NCBI RefSeq assembly: GCF_003918875.1
Contig: NW_025764978.1
Span: 62,001-126,000, forward strand
Length of the DNA: 64,000 nucleotides
Source of the DNA: Haliotis rubra
Lineage: Eukaryota
Direction of reading: 5' to 3'
The position numbers were made by a program, and so were the translations under genes. Positions within the stretch are counted from its first letter, which is position 1. Each line of letters opens with the position of its first letter. The notes under the pieces are model-generated. The model did no database searches. It saw nothing but the letters and a program-made list of their open reading frames with translations, and was not told where the DNA came from. This document shows, in pieces, positions 25,521 through 39,100 of this stretch.

Positions 25521-26063
25521 AGAGACGAATTTACCCGATATTGGTGACATTGGCTACCAATTGCAAATATCGAATTTAACCCGTAGCCTCAGTAACGACC
25601 TACTGCTTGACAAACCGATGGCCACCAACCATTACAACACAGTAGATCTGACCTGCTCACGCACAAATAGATACGATTTCTAGTATCAACTATAATTTGG
25701 TAGTTGTTATTCATGGTTGATATTAGATACTAGAAACTGCTTTTGCTGATGTTCCCAACATTTCTGACACATGAATTCCTATGTACATTTAACATTTAAG
25801 GTTTCCCCAGTAGATATCATAGTTGTCCACAGCACATTGGTATTCTCATTTCAGCTACGGATTTTGTCAACATGACAACAGTGGCTGTGTCAAAAGGTTT
25901 CCTTGTTGACTCCACAGCTCCAGTCTTGACTGGCCAGCTTCTACAGCTAGAGGGACGCTACATCACATCACGTGTGGTGCATGTCTGGTAATATTGGACA
26001 TGATGTCTAGAAGTTCATGGTCAGAAGTGTAATCCTGTCATTTTTCCTGATTGTGTCCAACTA

Positions 26064-26312
26064 TAGTGAGTGAGTGAGTTTAGTTTTACGTCGCACACAG
26101 GAATATTCCAGCTATATGGCGGCGGTCTGAAAATAATCGAGTCTGGACCAGACAATCCAGTGATCAACAGCATGAGCATCGATCTGTGCAATTGGGAAGC
26201 GATGTCATGTGTCAACCACGTCAGCGAGCCTGACCACCCGATCCCATTATTAGTCGCCTCTTACGACAAGCATGGGTTGCTGAAGGCACATTCTAAGCCG
26301 GACCTTCACGGG
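26064..26312 (-). mobile_element. Short retroposon family B, full length, 12-bp TSD
   Basis: tgtgtccaacta flanks both sides; (ACTC)n tail. Confidence 0.9.
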
Positions 26313-29300
26313 TGTGTCCAACTAAAACATAAACTGAGTAGAAGGGAACAAATATGAACCATATGTGCTATGTTTGACATGCAGGTGTGTGTTACTATAC
26401 AATTTTATATTTGTACTATATATTGGACGTACTCCCGAAAACTTACTTATTTCATTTACCGATGGTTACAAGAAACATTGATGAATTATGTGTGTTTTTA
26501 GCTGGTCCAACGTGTTCTTAGACGAGGAAAGCGGAGTAAAGGAATACATGGTTTCCATGGGTACCAGACCTGCGTACGCTGACGTGTCAGAGAACGTGAT
26601 CACTAACCAGGATTGCTTGGACTTTGACACACTTAACAACGTTGTGGATGGACATTCATATTATTTTTCTCTGAAGGTATATGTAGTAGAGAGTGCAATA
26701 CTTGTATTTTGATAAAGCAAGCAGCAAAGCAAATACCATATTGAGTTTAAGTAAGCGTTGTAAGGTGTAATGACTGCTGTGAAACTCCATGTGACAACAA
26801 GAACGGGTATGCATATAATTTTCGCTGTGATTTTCGCCCAGGCGTTCAACGGTGCAGGTTTGTACACTCTCTCTTCATCACGACTTCTGACAGTGGACAC
26901 CACGCCTCCATCTACCGGCCACGTCTATGACGGATTACAGTCAGCTACCTCAAATGACGACAAAGACAAGGACTATATCACCAGTGTCTTAGAGATGGGG
27001 GCCTACTGGGAAGGCTTCGACCTTCCTCATTCAAGTGTCGTCATGTACAAGGTCAAGGTCGGGACCTGTGCAGGATGTGACGACAAGCTGGAAGAGATAG
27101 AGTTTGGAAACACAAAAAGTACAGTTTATTTTAGATATCAGGGCATATTACTTTTGAAATATTGACGAATAGAACTTCTTTGAGAACACATATTTATAGA
27201 TATGAAGGGGGGTATGTTGCATGATAGAACCACTATTTGGATATAATACTTCATACATATTAAATACCACGTATAAAATATTAAATGTTTCACACATCAG
27301 CCTCCAGCACATCCTGCTCTCTCCAGGAGTGAAGTACTTCACCACAGTGACAGCCTGTAACACAGCGCAGACCTCTGCAGCAGCTCCTCAACCTCAGACG
27401 GTGTGATCCTGGACAGCTCCACACCAGTTCCTGGAACAGTGCAGGATGGCACAGGCGACATGGACATACAGTTCCAGGCAACGAGGTCAATGTTCCAGTT
27501 ATACGGGAATAATGTTATATTGATTAGAGCAATGCTGTGTGATATTTATTGTTTTTCAACCACTTTGTCTGTCTGAATCCTTGTTTTAGGACATTTATGG
27601 GATGCAAATGGCGAGGCTTCCACGATCCTGAATCTGGTTTAGACCACTATGGATGGCGTGTAGGAACAACACCAGGAGGTGATGAGATTCTGGCAGCCAG
27701 GAATGCAGCCCTGGAAGAGGGCATCTTCCACATCTTCCCACGTGACCAACAGCTGCCAGTTGGGCACATGATCTACAGTACTATCCGAGCGTTCAACAAA
27801 GGAGGTACAATACCTATTGTTCTTATCAGATCTCTTCTGTGTATTTCGATACAAGCACCTATTTATTCTCTCGATATATCTATACATATTAATTACTTTT
27901 AACATGTCACTGATTTTGAAATCCGCGGTACAGGATTGCATTTGGAAGCAACGTCCAATGGAGTTATGATAGACAACAGCGCACCTGTTGTTGTGACCTC
28001 ACCGACGGCGATGCTCGGTATTTCTTCCGTTGTTGCCAACACTACAGTCAGTCGGACAGGTCTGAGTTTACACTGGAAGTTCCAAGACGTTGAGTCCTCC
28101 ATAGAACGCCTGTACCTCTCCTTATCATCTCACCTGTTTGGAGAGATAGATAGTTCTAATCTTAAGGTACAGTGAAGCTACTTGAATCATTTTTGTCAAA
28201 TTATACCTGGCGATTATTCCTTGTTCATTAAAAGTAATTGCAGCTGTTTTACTATCCTTTGTTGAAAGGTATGTTTATGATTGAGTGTTTTCTTAGTTAA
28301 AAGGCCGTTTGATTGTCGATGCGACTGCAATTCTTGACTTACTTACGCGTGAATAGTGTGAAAGTACTCTGATAAACAATGTTTTATAGATTCTAATAAA
28401 TACAACTCATACACAACTCACAGTTTCTGAGCTCTATGTACATGTATATGCATTATTACATATATGTTTAATTGATAGTCATGTGCATTTGACACAACAC
28501 AGCAGATATTTGGCCAATTTAAATAAAGCGTACCATGCGCTGATATTATGGATCCACTAGTAGTTGGATTTTGGATTCTCCAATTAAAGGAAAGACATTT
28601 TCGATGCTATTATACGGTTGAAATTGAAAAATCGCCTGGGGTCGACCAATTAAATCATCGAAAAAAGTCGTTTTGCCATTTCTTCTCGTTTTATTTAATA
28701 AACTATTTGAGAGCGGGAGCTATCCAGATGTTTGAAGTAAAGCAATAATTATTCCATCACACAAGAAAGCTGATATCCACAACCCAGATAACCATAAGGG
28801 CATTTCATTGTTAAGTATTTTAAACAAATTATATACCTGCATATTAAACACTCGTTTAAAACAATGGGCAATTTTCATGAATAAGATAGAAACTCAAGCG
28901 GGTTTTAGAGGAGGTTATTCTTCCATAGATCATATTTTCACGTTGAATGCACTTATTGAAAAATGCTTATGTAAAAAGAGAAAATCTTTCATAGATTTAA
29001 AAAAAGGCTTTTGATTTAATAGACAGATTTAAATTATGGAGCTTGTTATCAAGCGGTTTGGGTGGGGAAATGATGCTAGCGCTAAAAGGTATTTACTCTT
29101 CTGTTAAATCATGTATGCGATGTAATTAGATTTAACAGACTACTTTAACTGTCCTTTTGGTCTAAAACAAGGTTGTATGCTGAGCCCAATACTCTTTTCT
29201 CTGTTCATAAATGAACTTTCTAATGAAATTTCACAAAATGGAAAACATGGCATCCAGTTATTTCCCGATATGATAGACATGCTGATGCTACTTTTCGCAG

Positions 29301-29844
29301 ATGATGTTATTTTAGCTTCAGATACTAAATGTGGTTTTCAAAATCAATTACATATTTTACCATTGTATTCAGATAAGTGGGGTTTAAACGTTAGCCTTGA
29401 TAAATCTAATATTGTTGTATTAAGGAGGGGAGGTAGACTTAAAAGTACTGATGCATGGTACTTTCAAGGTAATAACTTAAAGATAGTCAATAGCTATAAG
29501 TATCTCGGTTTTCTATTCACGTGTAATGTTAGCCTGGGCAAGTCGTTATCCGATCTCTGCTTGCGTGGTAAAAAAAGCATTAATGGAATTAAATAGCAAC
29601 CTTAGAAAAATCGGTTCGTTATCACAGGATATCTTTTTCAAAATATTTGATAGTCAAATACAATCCATCCTATTATATGCTTCAGAAATGTGGGGAGATA
29701 AAAATATGAATGTATTGAGAAAATACATCTTTCGGCTTGCAAATTATACCTAAACGTTGGACCTCAGATACCTAACGCTATTGTGTATGGTGAATGTGTC
29801 CGTTTCCCTATTTTTAATGTAGCTGTTCATTGTCTTAAGTACTG

Positions 29845-29900
29845 TCGTCACGATATGGCTGAAATATTGCCGATGTGACGTTAAATATTAACTCACTCAC
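29845..29900 (+). mobile_element. 56-bp retroposon 3' tail inserted in the LINE with 12-bp TSD
   Basis: tcttaagtactg at 29833-29844 and 29901-29912; ends ttaactcactcac. Confidence 0.85.
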
Positions 29901-30609
29901 TCTTAAGTACTGGATTAAAATAATAACAATGCACAAAGATCGCATACCAAAGAAAGCTTATGAAATGTTACTTAATCTCGATAACCTTGGCTATGAGACA
30001 TGAGCTTAACAAAATTGCAATTTGCTCTTTTCTTATGTATTTGGATTTGTTTGGTTATCACAAACTGTTGGGAATCGTGTAAGTTTTATCGGAATCTTTC
30101 AAACGCGTTTAGTGGATGTTTTTTTATACAAAATTGGAGATCCGATCGTGACAATCACATATCACACGTTATGTTTTGTATAGAGAATTCAGAAACTTAT
30201 TAAACCCTGAAAAATACCTTTTGAAATTGCAGATTATAAATTACGTAAATGTTAAGTTAGATTTAGAGCAGGATTATTAAGGGTAAACTTTAATGAAGGA
30301 CGATGGTGTAAAATTAACGCAACTATGAGAACATGTCCTATCTGTCCTAGAAGACGAATACCATTTTACTTTCATTTTTCCAAGATATGATGACCTACGT
30401 CGTTAATATTTACCAAGTGATTTCAAAACGAATATGCATAACTTTAAGAAACTACGTATGACAAATAACGAACATAGTTGAAAATGCTCAGCCTATATAT
30501 AATGCATTCTTATGAACGAAGATGTGAGCTATTACAATAAATCATAATATTAAATACCATATTATACTTCTGTATTATCATATCATATCTTTTTCTACTT
30601 TATCCATAT

Positions 30610-31361
30610 ATAGAGAATACTACACGAGGTCTCATTACATACGAATTATACGAAAACGAGTGTCCTTCCTATGGTATCTGACCGAGCGAAAGCGAGGTCA
30701 GATAACATAGGGAGGTCACGAGTTTCGTATAATTCGTATGTAATGAGACCGAGTGTGGTATTTTATTTATTACCCACTTCTTACATGCATTAAATTGACA
30801 AAATAGCGTATTTTTGTTATTTTTTGGTTTCAAACCGAAACCGGTTTCATAAAGAGGTTGCGGAAGAGTTTTGTACTGTAGTACAATATCTGCATGACGT
30901 CACACTGTAATGACGTCACTGACATGGTAACCGACGTCACGATGCATGTCAGTTGTCATCGCCTCGTACAGCCTCGTACAGTAAACTACTCCGTAGCACC
31001 CCGTTTCTTGGTTTGCAGTTGCTTCCTTCGGCTAACATCACTGGTGGAAACATTGCGTTTATTTTTTCGACGGATATAATGTCTCAGTTCGACTCACAAT
31101 TAAACAGCGACACGGCAACGTTCGCAATGTTTATATTCCCACAATGCATTTAAGTTGTAGAATGAAGGAATTCACGTGTTTGTTAAGAATGAAAAAATAG
31201 TTATGTCAGAATGTGACCTAACTGAGAGGTCATCGGTTATCCAATCAAATCGTTATAATCTCAGGTCAAGTCGTTACGACGCAGGTCAACGCAATACGAC
31301 ACATGTGTGACGTACGAGATTAGTATGCAACTACCCATACATTGACCTCGTGGGTAATAAT
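30610..31361. mobile_element. Non-autonomous DNA element with a ~147-bp terminal palindrome
   Basis: Hairpin 30616-30762 centred on gagcgaaagcgag; ttattacccac (30767) / gtgggtaataa (31350) inverted pair; internal part recurs inverted at ~43430-43600. Confidence 0.75.
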
Positions 31362-32329
31362 AACCTGTATCGTATGTTCTGATTACCTGTATACATGTAT
31401 GCAGATGGGCGTGTATACATGTATGCAAATTGTATTATAATGGATGACATTATATGTATATTGGCCCGATGGCCTTTGTACGGAAATAAAGTTTTGATTG
31501 ATAGTGACATTCCCAGTTGAATGAACAAGATCAGTCTTTTGACACGCGAGGAATCATAGATGACTCCACAGCAACGTCTTTCGTTATGTGTCACTCGTTT
31601 TCAGTATTTTTTGGTTATCTTTTCATACCAGGGTTCTGAGCCAATTAAAAAGAATAAGTATATTGTTTTCACAATGTTTAACCAAATCCACAACTGGTCC
31701 CCAGATTCCAGGTTTTATTCGAGAATACACATACATAAATGTGGACTTGCATGATGGAAGTAAATACAAGGTGAAGGTCACAGCTTGCAACATGACGGGC
31801 CTCTGTACATCAGCAGCTACTTGGGACATTTTGGTTGACAGCTCTAAACCCAAAACAGGTAATCTGTTGTTGTGCACAATGAAATTTGGTGATTGTTTCG
31901 ATTGAATGAAGGTGTAAAAACAGACCATGACACTGCTGTTGTTCCTCTGCAGGATCCTTCGCCATAGAAACGGACCACGCAGTGAAACTTCAACGACATC
32001 AAACTGGATGGATGACTTGGAACAGTACAAATCTAAACCTAGCGTGGCTTGGATTCTCTGACCTACATTAAGGAATACAACATTATCTTATATCCGTGGG
32101 GTCTGGAGAATTCGGAACTGAGTACAATAAAGTAAGTGAATAACCTTGTGATACGGCATCACAAAGGACAACTGAATAGTCACATATTTATAATATAAAA
32201 TTATAACGGGTAGAGAAATCGTCTGGCCTTTTGTCAATAGACTAGGTTATAGTATTAGGTTTCAGACAACAATTTTAGTTGTATGCTGTGCACTGAGCAT
32301 CTTGACATAAACAAGTCTTACCTAAACAC

Positions 32330-33400
32330 TTTAAGAACGATAATGTTCATTATGTCAAGGTACCCTCCAAAATGAAGTTCACAGAGGACAGTTCGATGTA
32401 GATCTTCTGTAAGTGTTGTGGCCTCCACTGGTGTCTCTTAGAGGCACACAGTGTCTTCTTATGGATCTTAGAACGTTAGTAAACACACCCAGAGGAAGAT
32501 GTGTCCATTTCTTAACAACGTCAGTGGTGGATTGACATGCTGATGAGCACGTCGACACAGTTCGTTCCAGATGTGTTCGATAGGATTGAGGTCGGGGCTA
32601 CACGACGTCCAATCAAGAACTTGAATGCAGTCATTTCGTAGAAAATTCTGTCCAAGAATTGCCGAATGCAGTCTAGCGTCGTTTTGTTGTGCCATGTCTC
32701 TGCATAGATGGAAGCATGACAGGTTGCAAAATCTATTTCCTGTACTGGGCAGCATTAAAGTTTCCTCAAACGAGAACAATGGGAGAACGTCCGTGTGCGC
32801 AAAACGATTCCATGCCCCTTACGCTCCGCCACCAAATCTGTCCTCTTCACGGACGCAGACTTGAGTGTGACAATCACCTCGACCGCGGTACAGTCGGCCC
32901 CTGCCGTCGGCAAATATCAATGTGAAACGAGATTCATCGCTGAAGACAATCGAATTCCACTGTCTTTGACTGAACCTTTAACATTGGTCTATTATGGCGT
33001 CTTCAGGGCGAAGTCCAGCGGCATGCAAGCGATTTCTGACAGTTTGTGCAGCTATCCTTCCAACAAACATCGGAAACAGCTCCGGTTTGATCAATCTCAT
33101 CCTAAAATTATAAATTGTTTGTCGTGAGCAGTCAAAGGCTCTTGCAACAACGACTGCAGACTGACTAGCATCAAGTCTCCCCATAACACGTTGGCGTTCT
33201 TGATTTGAAAGGCGTGTCATTTCCAAACAAAAATTAAAATGAAAAGATTAATTTGTTTTTCCACCTCACATTCAATGTGCGTGTCCAGTTTAAGCAAACA
33301 TGCGGCTAATGACCTCATGAATTTGATTTTCACACGTGCATGTCGTGTTTTTTATCATTATAGGCCACAAAGTCAAGGTTTGCACTAATAAGGTTTGCAA
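32330..33400 (-). mobile_element. Decayed Tc1-family transposon
   Basis: MTRLSNQERQRVMGRL (HTH), ..SSDESRF-like segment, QQNDA..WTSCSPDLNPIEHIW; frameshifted. Confidence 0.9.
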
Positions 33401-33499
33401 TAATTGTGTGTCGACTAATTGTGTTGCCAATAGTCAAACTTTTTAATATACTGAGAACCATTAAAAACGCAATTGGTATTTGTTGTCCTGAAACTTACA

Positions 33500-34540
33500 C
33501 AAGTTCCATTGAAGATTTTTTCCTGCGATACAGAGGATGTATGGATAAAAAGCTGTTATTCTGTCCCATTTCGAGTTCGAGTCCCGGAGCATTCCTCTCA
33601 CATGAACTTTGATACTTAAAACTGAACCTTTGACATTTCTCGTAAACACAACCACATTCATGAAACACGCTGTGCACATGCATTACCTGCACCCAGGCCC
33701 TGTAAAAGCACAAGGAATTGTGGAACTCAATCACTTTGAGAAAATGCCACACTTGACACAAGACGAAAGGAATCAGGTTATCGGTATGGTCAGCCAAGGT
33801 GCTTCAGATGTGATGATTGTCAGGCACTTTAATGTGCATCCATCCACTGCAAGTCGACTCAGACAACGTTTTCGGGCTACCGGAAGCGATGCTGATCGTC
33901 CGCGACCTGGTGCACCACCTGTGATAACAGCTCGATAAAACCGCTATGTCAGAGTTTCACACTTGCGAAATCGGTTCCAAACAGCTGATGATTAGTTAAG
34001 GAGGACAATTGGGACAAGATAACGTCATTTCAGCGCCCAAAAGGTGCAAGGACGCCTTGCTGCCTTCAACATCCGGTGTCATCACCACCCTTATTGCATC
34101 GCCACAGACTTGCCAGACAGCGATGGGCAGCAAATGGGGCCAATCTTGGCAACAGGACATGGCCAGATGTAATTTTTTCAGATGAATCCTGGTTTAACTT
34201 ATCCTTTGCAGATGGACGTCAACAGATTTATCGACGTAAAGGAGAAAAGCTTGCGCCAAACTGTGTCCTTGAACATGATCGTTTTGGAGGGGGTGGTGTC
34301 ATGATCAGACCGCAGACCATCACAGGCTGCAGACCATCAGAGGCTGCAGCCGTTCCAACAGCTGTTCCTGAGATATGTGTGTCTTTCAATGCCCCAAAGA
34401 CTGCGAGCATGTCTTGCAGCGCTCGGTGGACATACACGATATTGACTGCAAGTGACCCCTCCTTTGTGTGATGTTGTTGCGTCACTGATGTTGTTGTTGA
34501 CTGGACATTTTCAGATGAAATTATTCACAGATGTTCACTT
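33500..34540 (+). mobile_element. Decayed, internally deleted Tc1-family transposon
   Basis: MPHLTQDERNQVIGM..DRPRPGAP, VIFSDESWF..DRFGGGGVM, then jumps to the C-terminal GGHTRY motif. Confidence 0.9.
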
Positions 34541-35567
34541 AAAACATATCTGCCAGTTAGGTTTATATATGTTGAAATTAGTGTGAGTAAAGAAAGTATA
34601 AATGTCAAATTGCATTGTTAATGGCTTCCAGTAAATGAAATAATAACGCGTACAGAAACTGTCTTGACATTAATCACAAATTTATAATAGGGCAGTGGAC
34701 TAACAGAGGTCTCCCACGAAGCAGCCGGAGTTGACAAGGGTGACGAAGGAGTTCTCCAGACCTTCAGTGTGCCCACCAAGACTCTGTCACATGATGTGAC
34801 TGTGTTTGTAGCTATCTGGGCAGTGAATGGGGTACATGGCATACTTTAGGATGTAACTCACGTGTGTATACCGGTAGATATTATGAATGAATTCTCCTTT
34901 TCTATCTTTATACCTGGTATTGTCTGTCGCTGACATTGATGATCAGTCAATAGAATGTTTCGTTGCGACTCGCAGGTTGGCCTGCAGAGTGATGCCTACC
35001 ACGCTGAACTGGTCCTGGAGGCAGACTCTACACTGTGGCTGGTGAGGAGGTGCCAGGCCTACAACTGTGAGGGACATTGTGTCTGTGCTGTGCAGGGCGG
35101 TACCTGTTCTGCCAGTAAAGCATGTGTACAAGACAAAACAGGTTTGTGGAGAAAAGAGAAATCAAACAGAAAAAGTATTAGGACATGGTATCACATTTCA
35201 GTCATTTTAGTAGCTAAACATCTCTCCCTTGTTTCTTGCATTTATGACTCTATGTCCAGTACATAAACTCACAACAGGTTAACAGAGCAGGAAGTACAAT
35301 AACAGGAGGATCTTCAATTGCATTCCTTCATGTAAATATTTCAGTTATACCACGTTGCCATGGTATGGGAATGAAAGTACCTAGTGACGGGTGTCCTAGA
35401 AGTATATGATAGACAATATACTTGTTTGTTTATGACAAACGTAACATAGTTTTCATACCTATTTCGCGCAGTTTTGCTACACCAGGTAACGACGCCTGTT
35501 TTCTCGATCCAACACGTCGTCTCTAATGACTAGCATAGGGCGGTAGGGATCTATTATATTCCGAAAG

Positions 35568-35726
35568 GGGCGGTGGGATAGTCTAGTTGCTAAAGCGTTC
35601 GCTCCTCACTCTGAAGACCCGGGTTCGATTCCTCAACTGGTGTGAAACCCATTCATTACCGGTGTCCCCCGCTGTGATATTGCTGGAATATTTCTGAAAG
35701 CGGCGTAAAACTAAATTCACTCACTC
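35568..35726 (+). mobile_element. tRNA-derived SINE family A
   Basis: A/B boxes; tail aaagcggcgtaaaactaaattcactcact. Confidence 0.85.
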
Positions 35727-36017
35727 TATTCCGAAAACATGGGTTTTATCACAGTCCCGGGAGGCAAAACGAATTGCGGTGAATCAGAGAATTTGACACC
35801 CATACCCACATATTTTTTTATTGTCTGAACATGTGACGGCTTTTCCTCTGTTTTGTCTGTTAACGAACTGGTAAAGTGTAATTCTGTCACAGGGGCCAAC
35901 ACTGTCACAGTCGTCGACACCATCAACCTCTTGTTTCCAGCAGAAGTTGACATGTCTCCTTTCAACACTTTCATGGCTGCCAACTGGTCTGTAAGTAACA
36001 CGGTATATATACTTACA

Positions 36018-36168
36018 GATATCCGAAATATCGAGACATCCGTATCGAGTTAAAAGAGTTTAAATTGAATAATGATAAATTATGAAGGATTTTGCCGGGA
36101 CCGAGATGTTTATTCGAGACAAGTGAGATATCGAGTTATCAGAGTTCGACACAACGGTGCTTGAGTGT
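36018..36168. mobile_element. Partial MITE (pogo/Tigger-like right half)
   Basis: Repeated tcgaga/tcgagtt subterminal motifs, tttgccgggacc, ending gagtgta. Confidence 0.45.
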
Positions 36169-39100
36169 ATGTCCTCAGATAACTCTATGTACCGTTTACC
36201 GGGAAGTGAGGACGATGGCACCAATAAAAGGCTAGGGAATGCGAATGTGAGGATCGCAATATACAGTGCCAAAGAAATCTTATTTTGACATGCGTTTAGT
36301 AATTTGAGTATTCAAGAAGGATAATTTATGTTGATAAACAACGTCTTTATTCTACTGTTCACTGTGGGTTTTAAGTGTTATCAAGCAATATATGACATAT
36401 ATACAAGACAGTACAGAAGTGTTTGGATGAGGGTATGGTTACAGGAGAGTGGAGTAGCATGTTAATTACACAATACGATCTCATGTTGGCAAATGTCCTA
36501 ACAGAAGAAGCCTGAAGTATAAACCAAAAAGATAAAAAAAGATTAGAACTGATTGGAATCCTTGAAGAGTAATGGTACGCTGGAGGCATGTAAGAGCATT
36601 GCTGACAGTTGACGAAACATCTTCTGATGGGCACTACTTCTTGCACTTTCCTGATTGTTTAGTCGTCGAGGGTGTGGTCTGATAAAGCTGAAGTTTTGAT
36701 ACTCAGCTCATGTGGTTTTGTTTTAATTCAGGACGTGAGGAGTATTGATGTTTTCCTATCATAAGCGTGGCTTTGGTTGTGTTTTAAATAATGTTTGTAA
36801 ACTTATACATTTGTATGCTTACACAGGCAGGCGTTTCCTGATTTTGTGGCTGACATTTCATTGGTAGGGGTTTAGGGAGGTCATTATGGGACGATGTCGT
36901 ATCGGCCAGTCTAGATATGCTCGTGTTTACTCATATGTATCACTATCATATGATAGTGGGTACCTGAAACGGCTGTATTCACATTAAAATCTTATATGAC
37001 TTATAAAAGTTTTAATAGAGGAAAAAAAATGTTGTTTATCAAGTTTAAAACACCCGAAAGACACAGGAAAAAACAAGTTGGCCTAACGCTTTTGGTATAT
37101 TTTGACATATGATCTCTGCTGGCAATCCAGTGTGTTATGAATAAAGCATGGTGCTAATACATTTATGGTGTCAACTGAATAAATGGTTTCGTTAGCGTTT
37201 AAAACAGCAGGTCGCTGTTAAATATTCATCCATATCATTATCTTACCTTTCCCTATTTCAGTACCATTCACTGATGTCCGTAGCCAAATACAACAACGGG
37301 ATGATATACTTTGATTCTTGTTGAGTACAATATTGGGCATAAGGCTCACGAGAAGAACAGATAAGACAATGAAGTCTCCAAGGCAATTTAGCGAAGTGCA
37401 TAAACAGAAAATCTTTTCATTATAAACCTTCTCATACCTATAGCATATGTGTTGTTTTGCAGCTACGAATACAGTGTAGGAGTTAGTGAAAAGGATTTAC
37501 CGGATGGAGTGTTCAAGAAATCTTCCCAAAGAGTATGGTTTGATGCAGGTCAACAAACATCAGCGATTTTGTCCTTGGACAAAGGTCAATGTAAATTATG
37601 TTTTTCCTTTGTTATCAAAAGGGGTATTTTTTCATCTATTTGAACTGTTCATTTATATTCTTCCTAATATGATCCAGTTGTAAAATAATATCAATGCATT
37701 TCGTGCCTTAAATCTTGCTGCTGCTGTGAATGGTTTCCTGGAGATATATATCAGAGACGTTTCAGTCAATGTGATGTAGCCTCCCCTGTCGTGTATTTTT
37801 TTCACAAAGGCAGTGATGTCATTAAAAGAAATTCCGTTTAACTTTCTTTCTTTCTGAGGTATTTGAAGTACCTCATCGCTTTTCATAAAGACATATGGTT
37901 TTCATATTTTATGCCAAGACGCATGTAACATTTACAAAGAGGCGGTCATCACAGCTACATTCAACAATATATATATATGAAGGGGCCAGCCGTGACCTAT
38001 TTTGAGAAGTCAAAATGTTTCGTATTACATTCCGGAGAAGGGTTCAGTGATGATTGGGATGGGGCTGTCTTAATACATGCTATTTCTTTGTTTCAGGTAG
38101 CTTTCTGACACCTGGAATACAATACTCCTTCTTCGTGAAAGCTTGGTAGAATAACAGAAATTACAGCATCTTCAAGTCAAATGGTGTCACTTTCGTTACA
38201 TCACCACCCACGGTAACAAGAAAGTCAGGGAGAACTGTAAGTGCATTCTGTGGTACATACTGTTTCCCATTAAGAAACGTTAACACTTTCATAGTCACGG
38301 ATTTCTAATTAAATACATACAATTGTCAGCATTACTTTCCCCTTATACCCGAATGAATCAGGCTCGCCGGATGTTAGAATTTTCTCCTGTCGTTGCTATT
38401 TTGATTTGTATCATCACTACATAACTGACAGACTCAAATATTAAACAGGTGAAGGAAGTCCTAAACATCAGTGACTCCAAAGACATAGACTTCCAGACAC
38501 AGAACAACACACTTGTCGTAACGTGGTCTGGACATTTCCTGCCTGGTATAAGCAGCATCCATCGATACAGGGTCTACATCAGCACGCACACAGGAGGTAT
38601 TAGGATTACTGATCTTTGTTCATCGCATTATGTACGGGAGTTTTGAACTCGCATGATCCATGGGTGTCATCAAGCCCATAGCGCACTGAAGTGATCTAAT
38701 CGAATGAGAGAGTTTCAAATGAAACATTTATGTAAATCATACTCCATTTGATCACTGATACATTTCAAATTTATATTTACTAATTTAGTAAAGAGATACT
38801 GCTCAGGGTCACATAAATACAAAGCAAGTAAGGTTCTGTTTCTAGTACTGTTTCTGCAGTTAAAGAATGACGATATGTTACCATTAGTAGATAAACAGGA
38901 TTTCATAGTTTTACACATATCTAGGATATCTTTAACATAGTTTCCTTTGACATGCTTATTTGTTAACTTTGGCTAAGGCGATCCTGAACCCAGTGGAACC
39001 AGGATCGGATCATGTCCACATCAATTTGCTATTTGGATGTACAACATAAACAAGCTCTCACAATTGGTTGTTTAAGTCCATGGCATGTCTCGACCTAAAT

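Larger units (their letters stand above)
20538..28166 (+). pseudogene. Central exon cluster (e.g. 20538-20735, 20824-20959, 21457-21586, 21931-22160, 23633-23887, 24592-24708, 26502-26676, 26842-27118, 27590-27804, 27934-28166)
   Basis: Canonical splice sites; repeats such as WRGFHDPESGLDHYGWRVGTTPGGD and AFNGAGLYT..TVDTTPP. Confidence 0.85.
28480..31496 (+). mobile_element. 5'-truncated RTE/RTE-X-like LINE (RT remnant) in an intron, with nested insertions
   Basis: QAGFRGGYSSIDHIFTL, GLKQGCMLSPILFSLFINEL, LLFADD, YKYLG; 3' end ggcccgatggcc..aataaa; possible TSD attgatagt (28471 and 31497). Confidence 0.85.
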
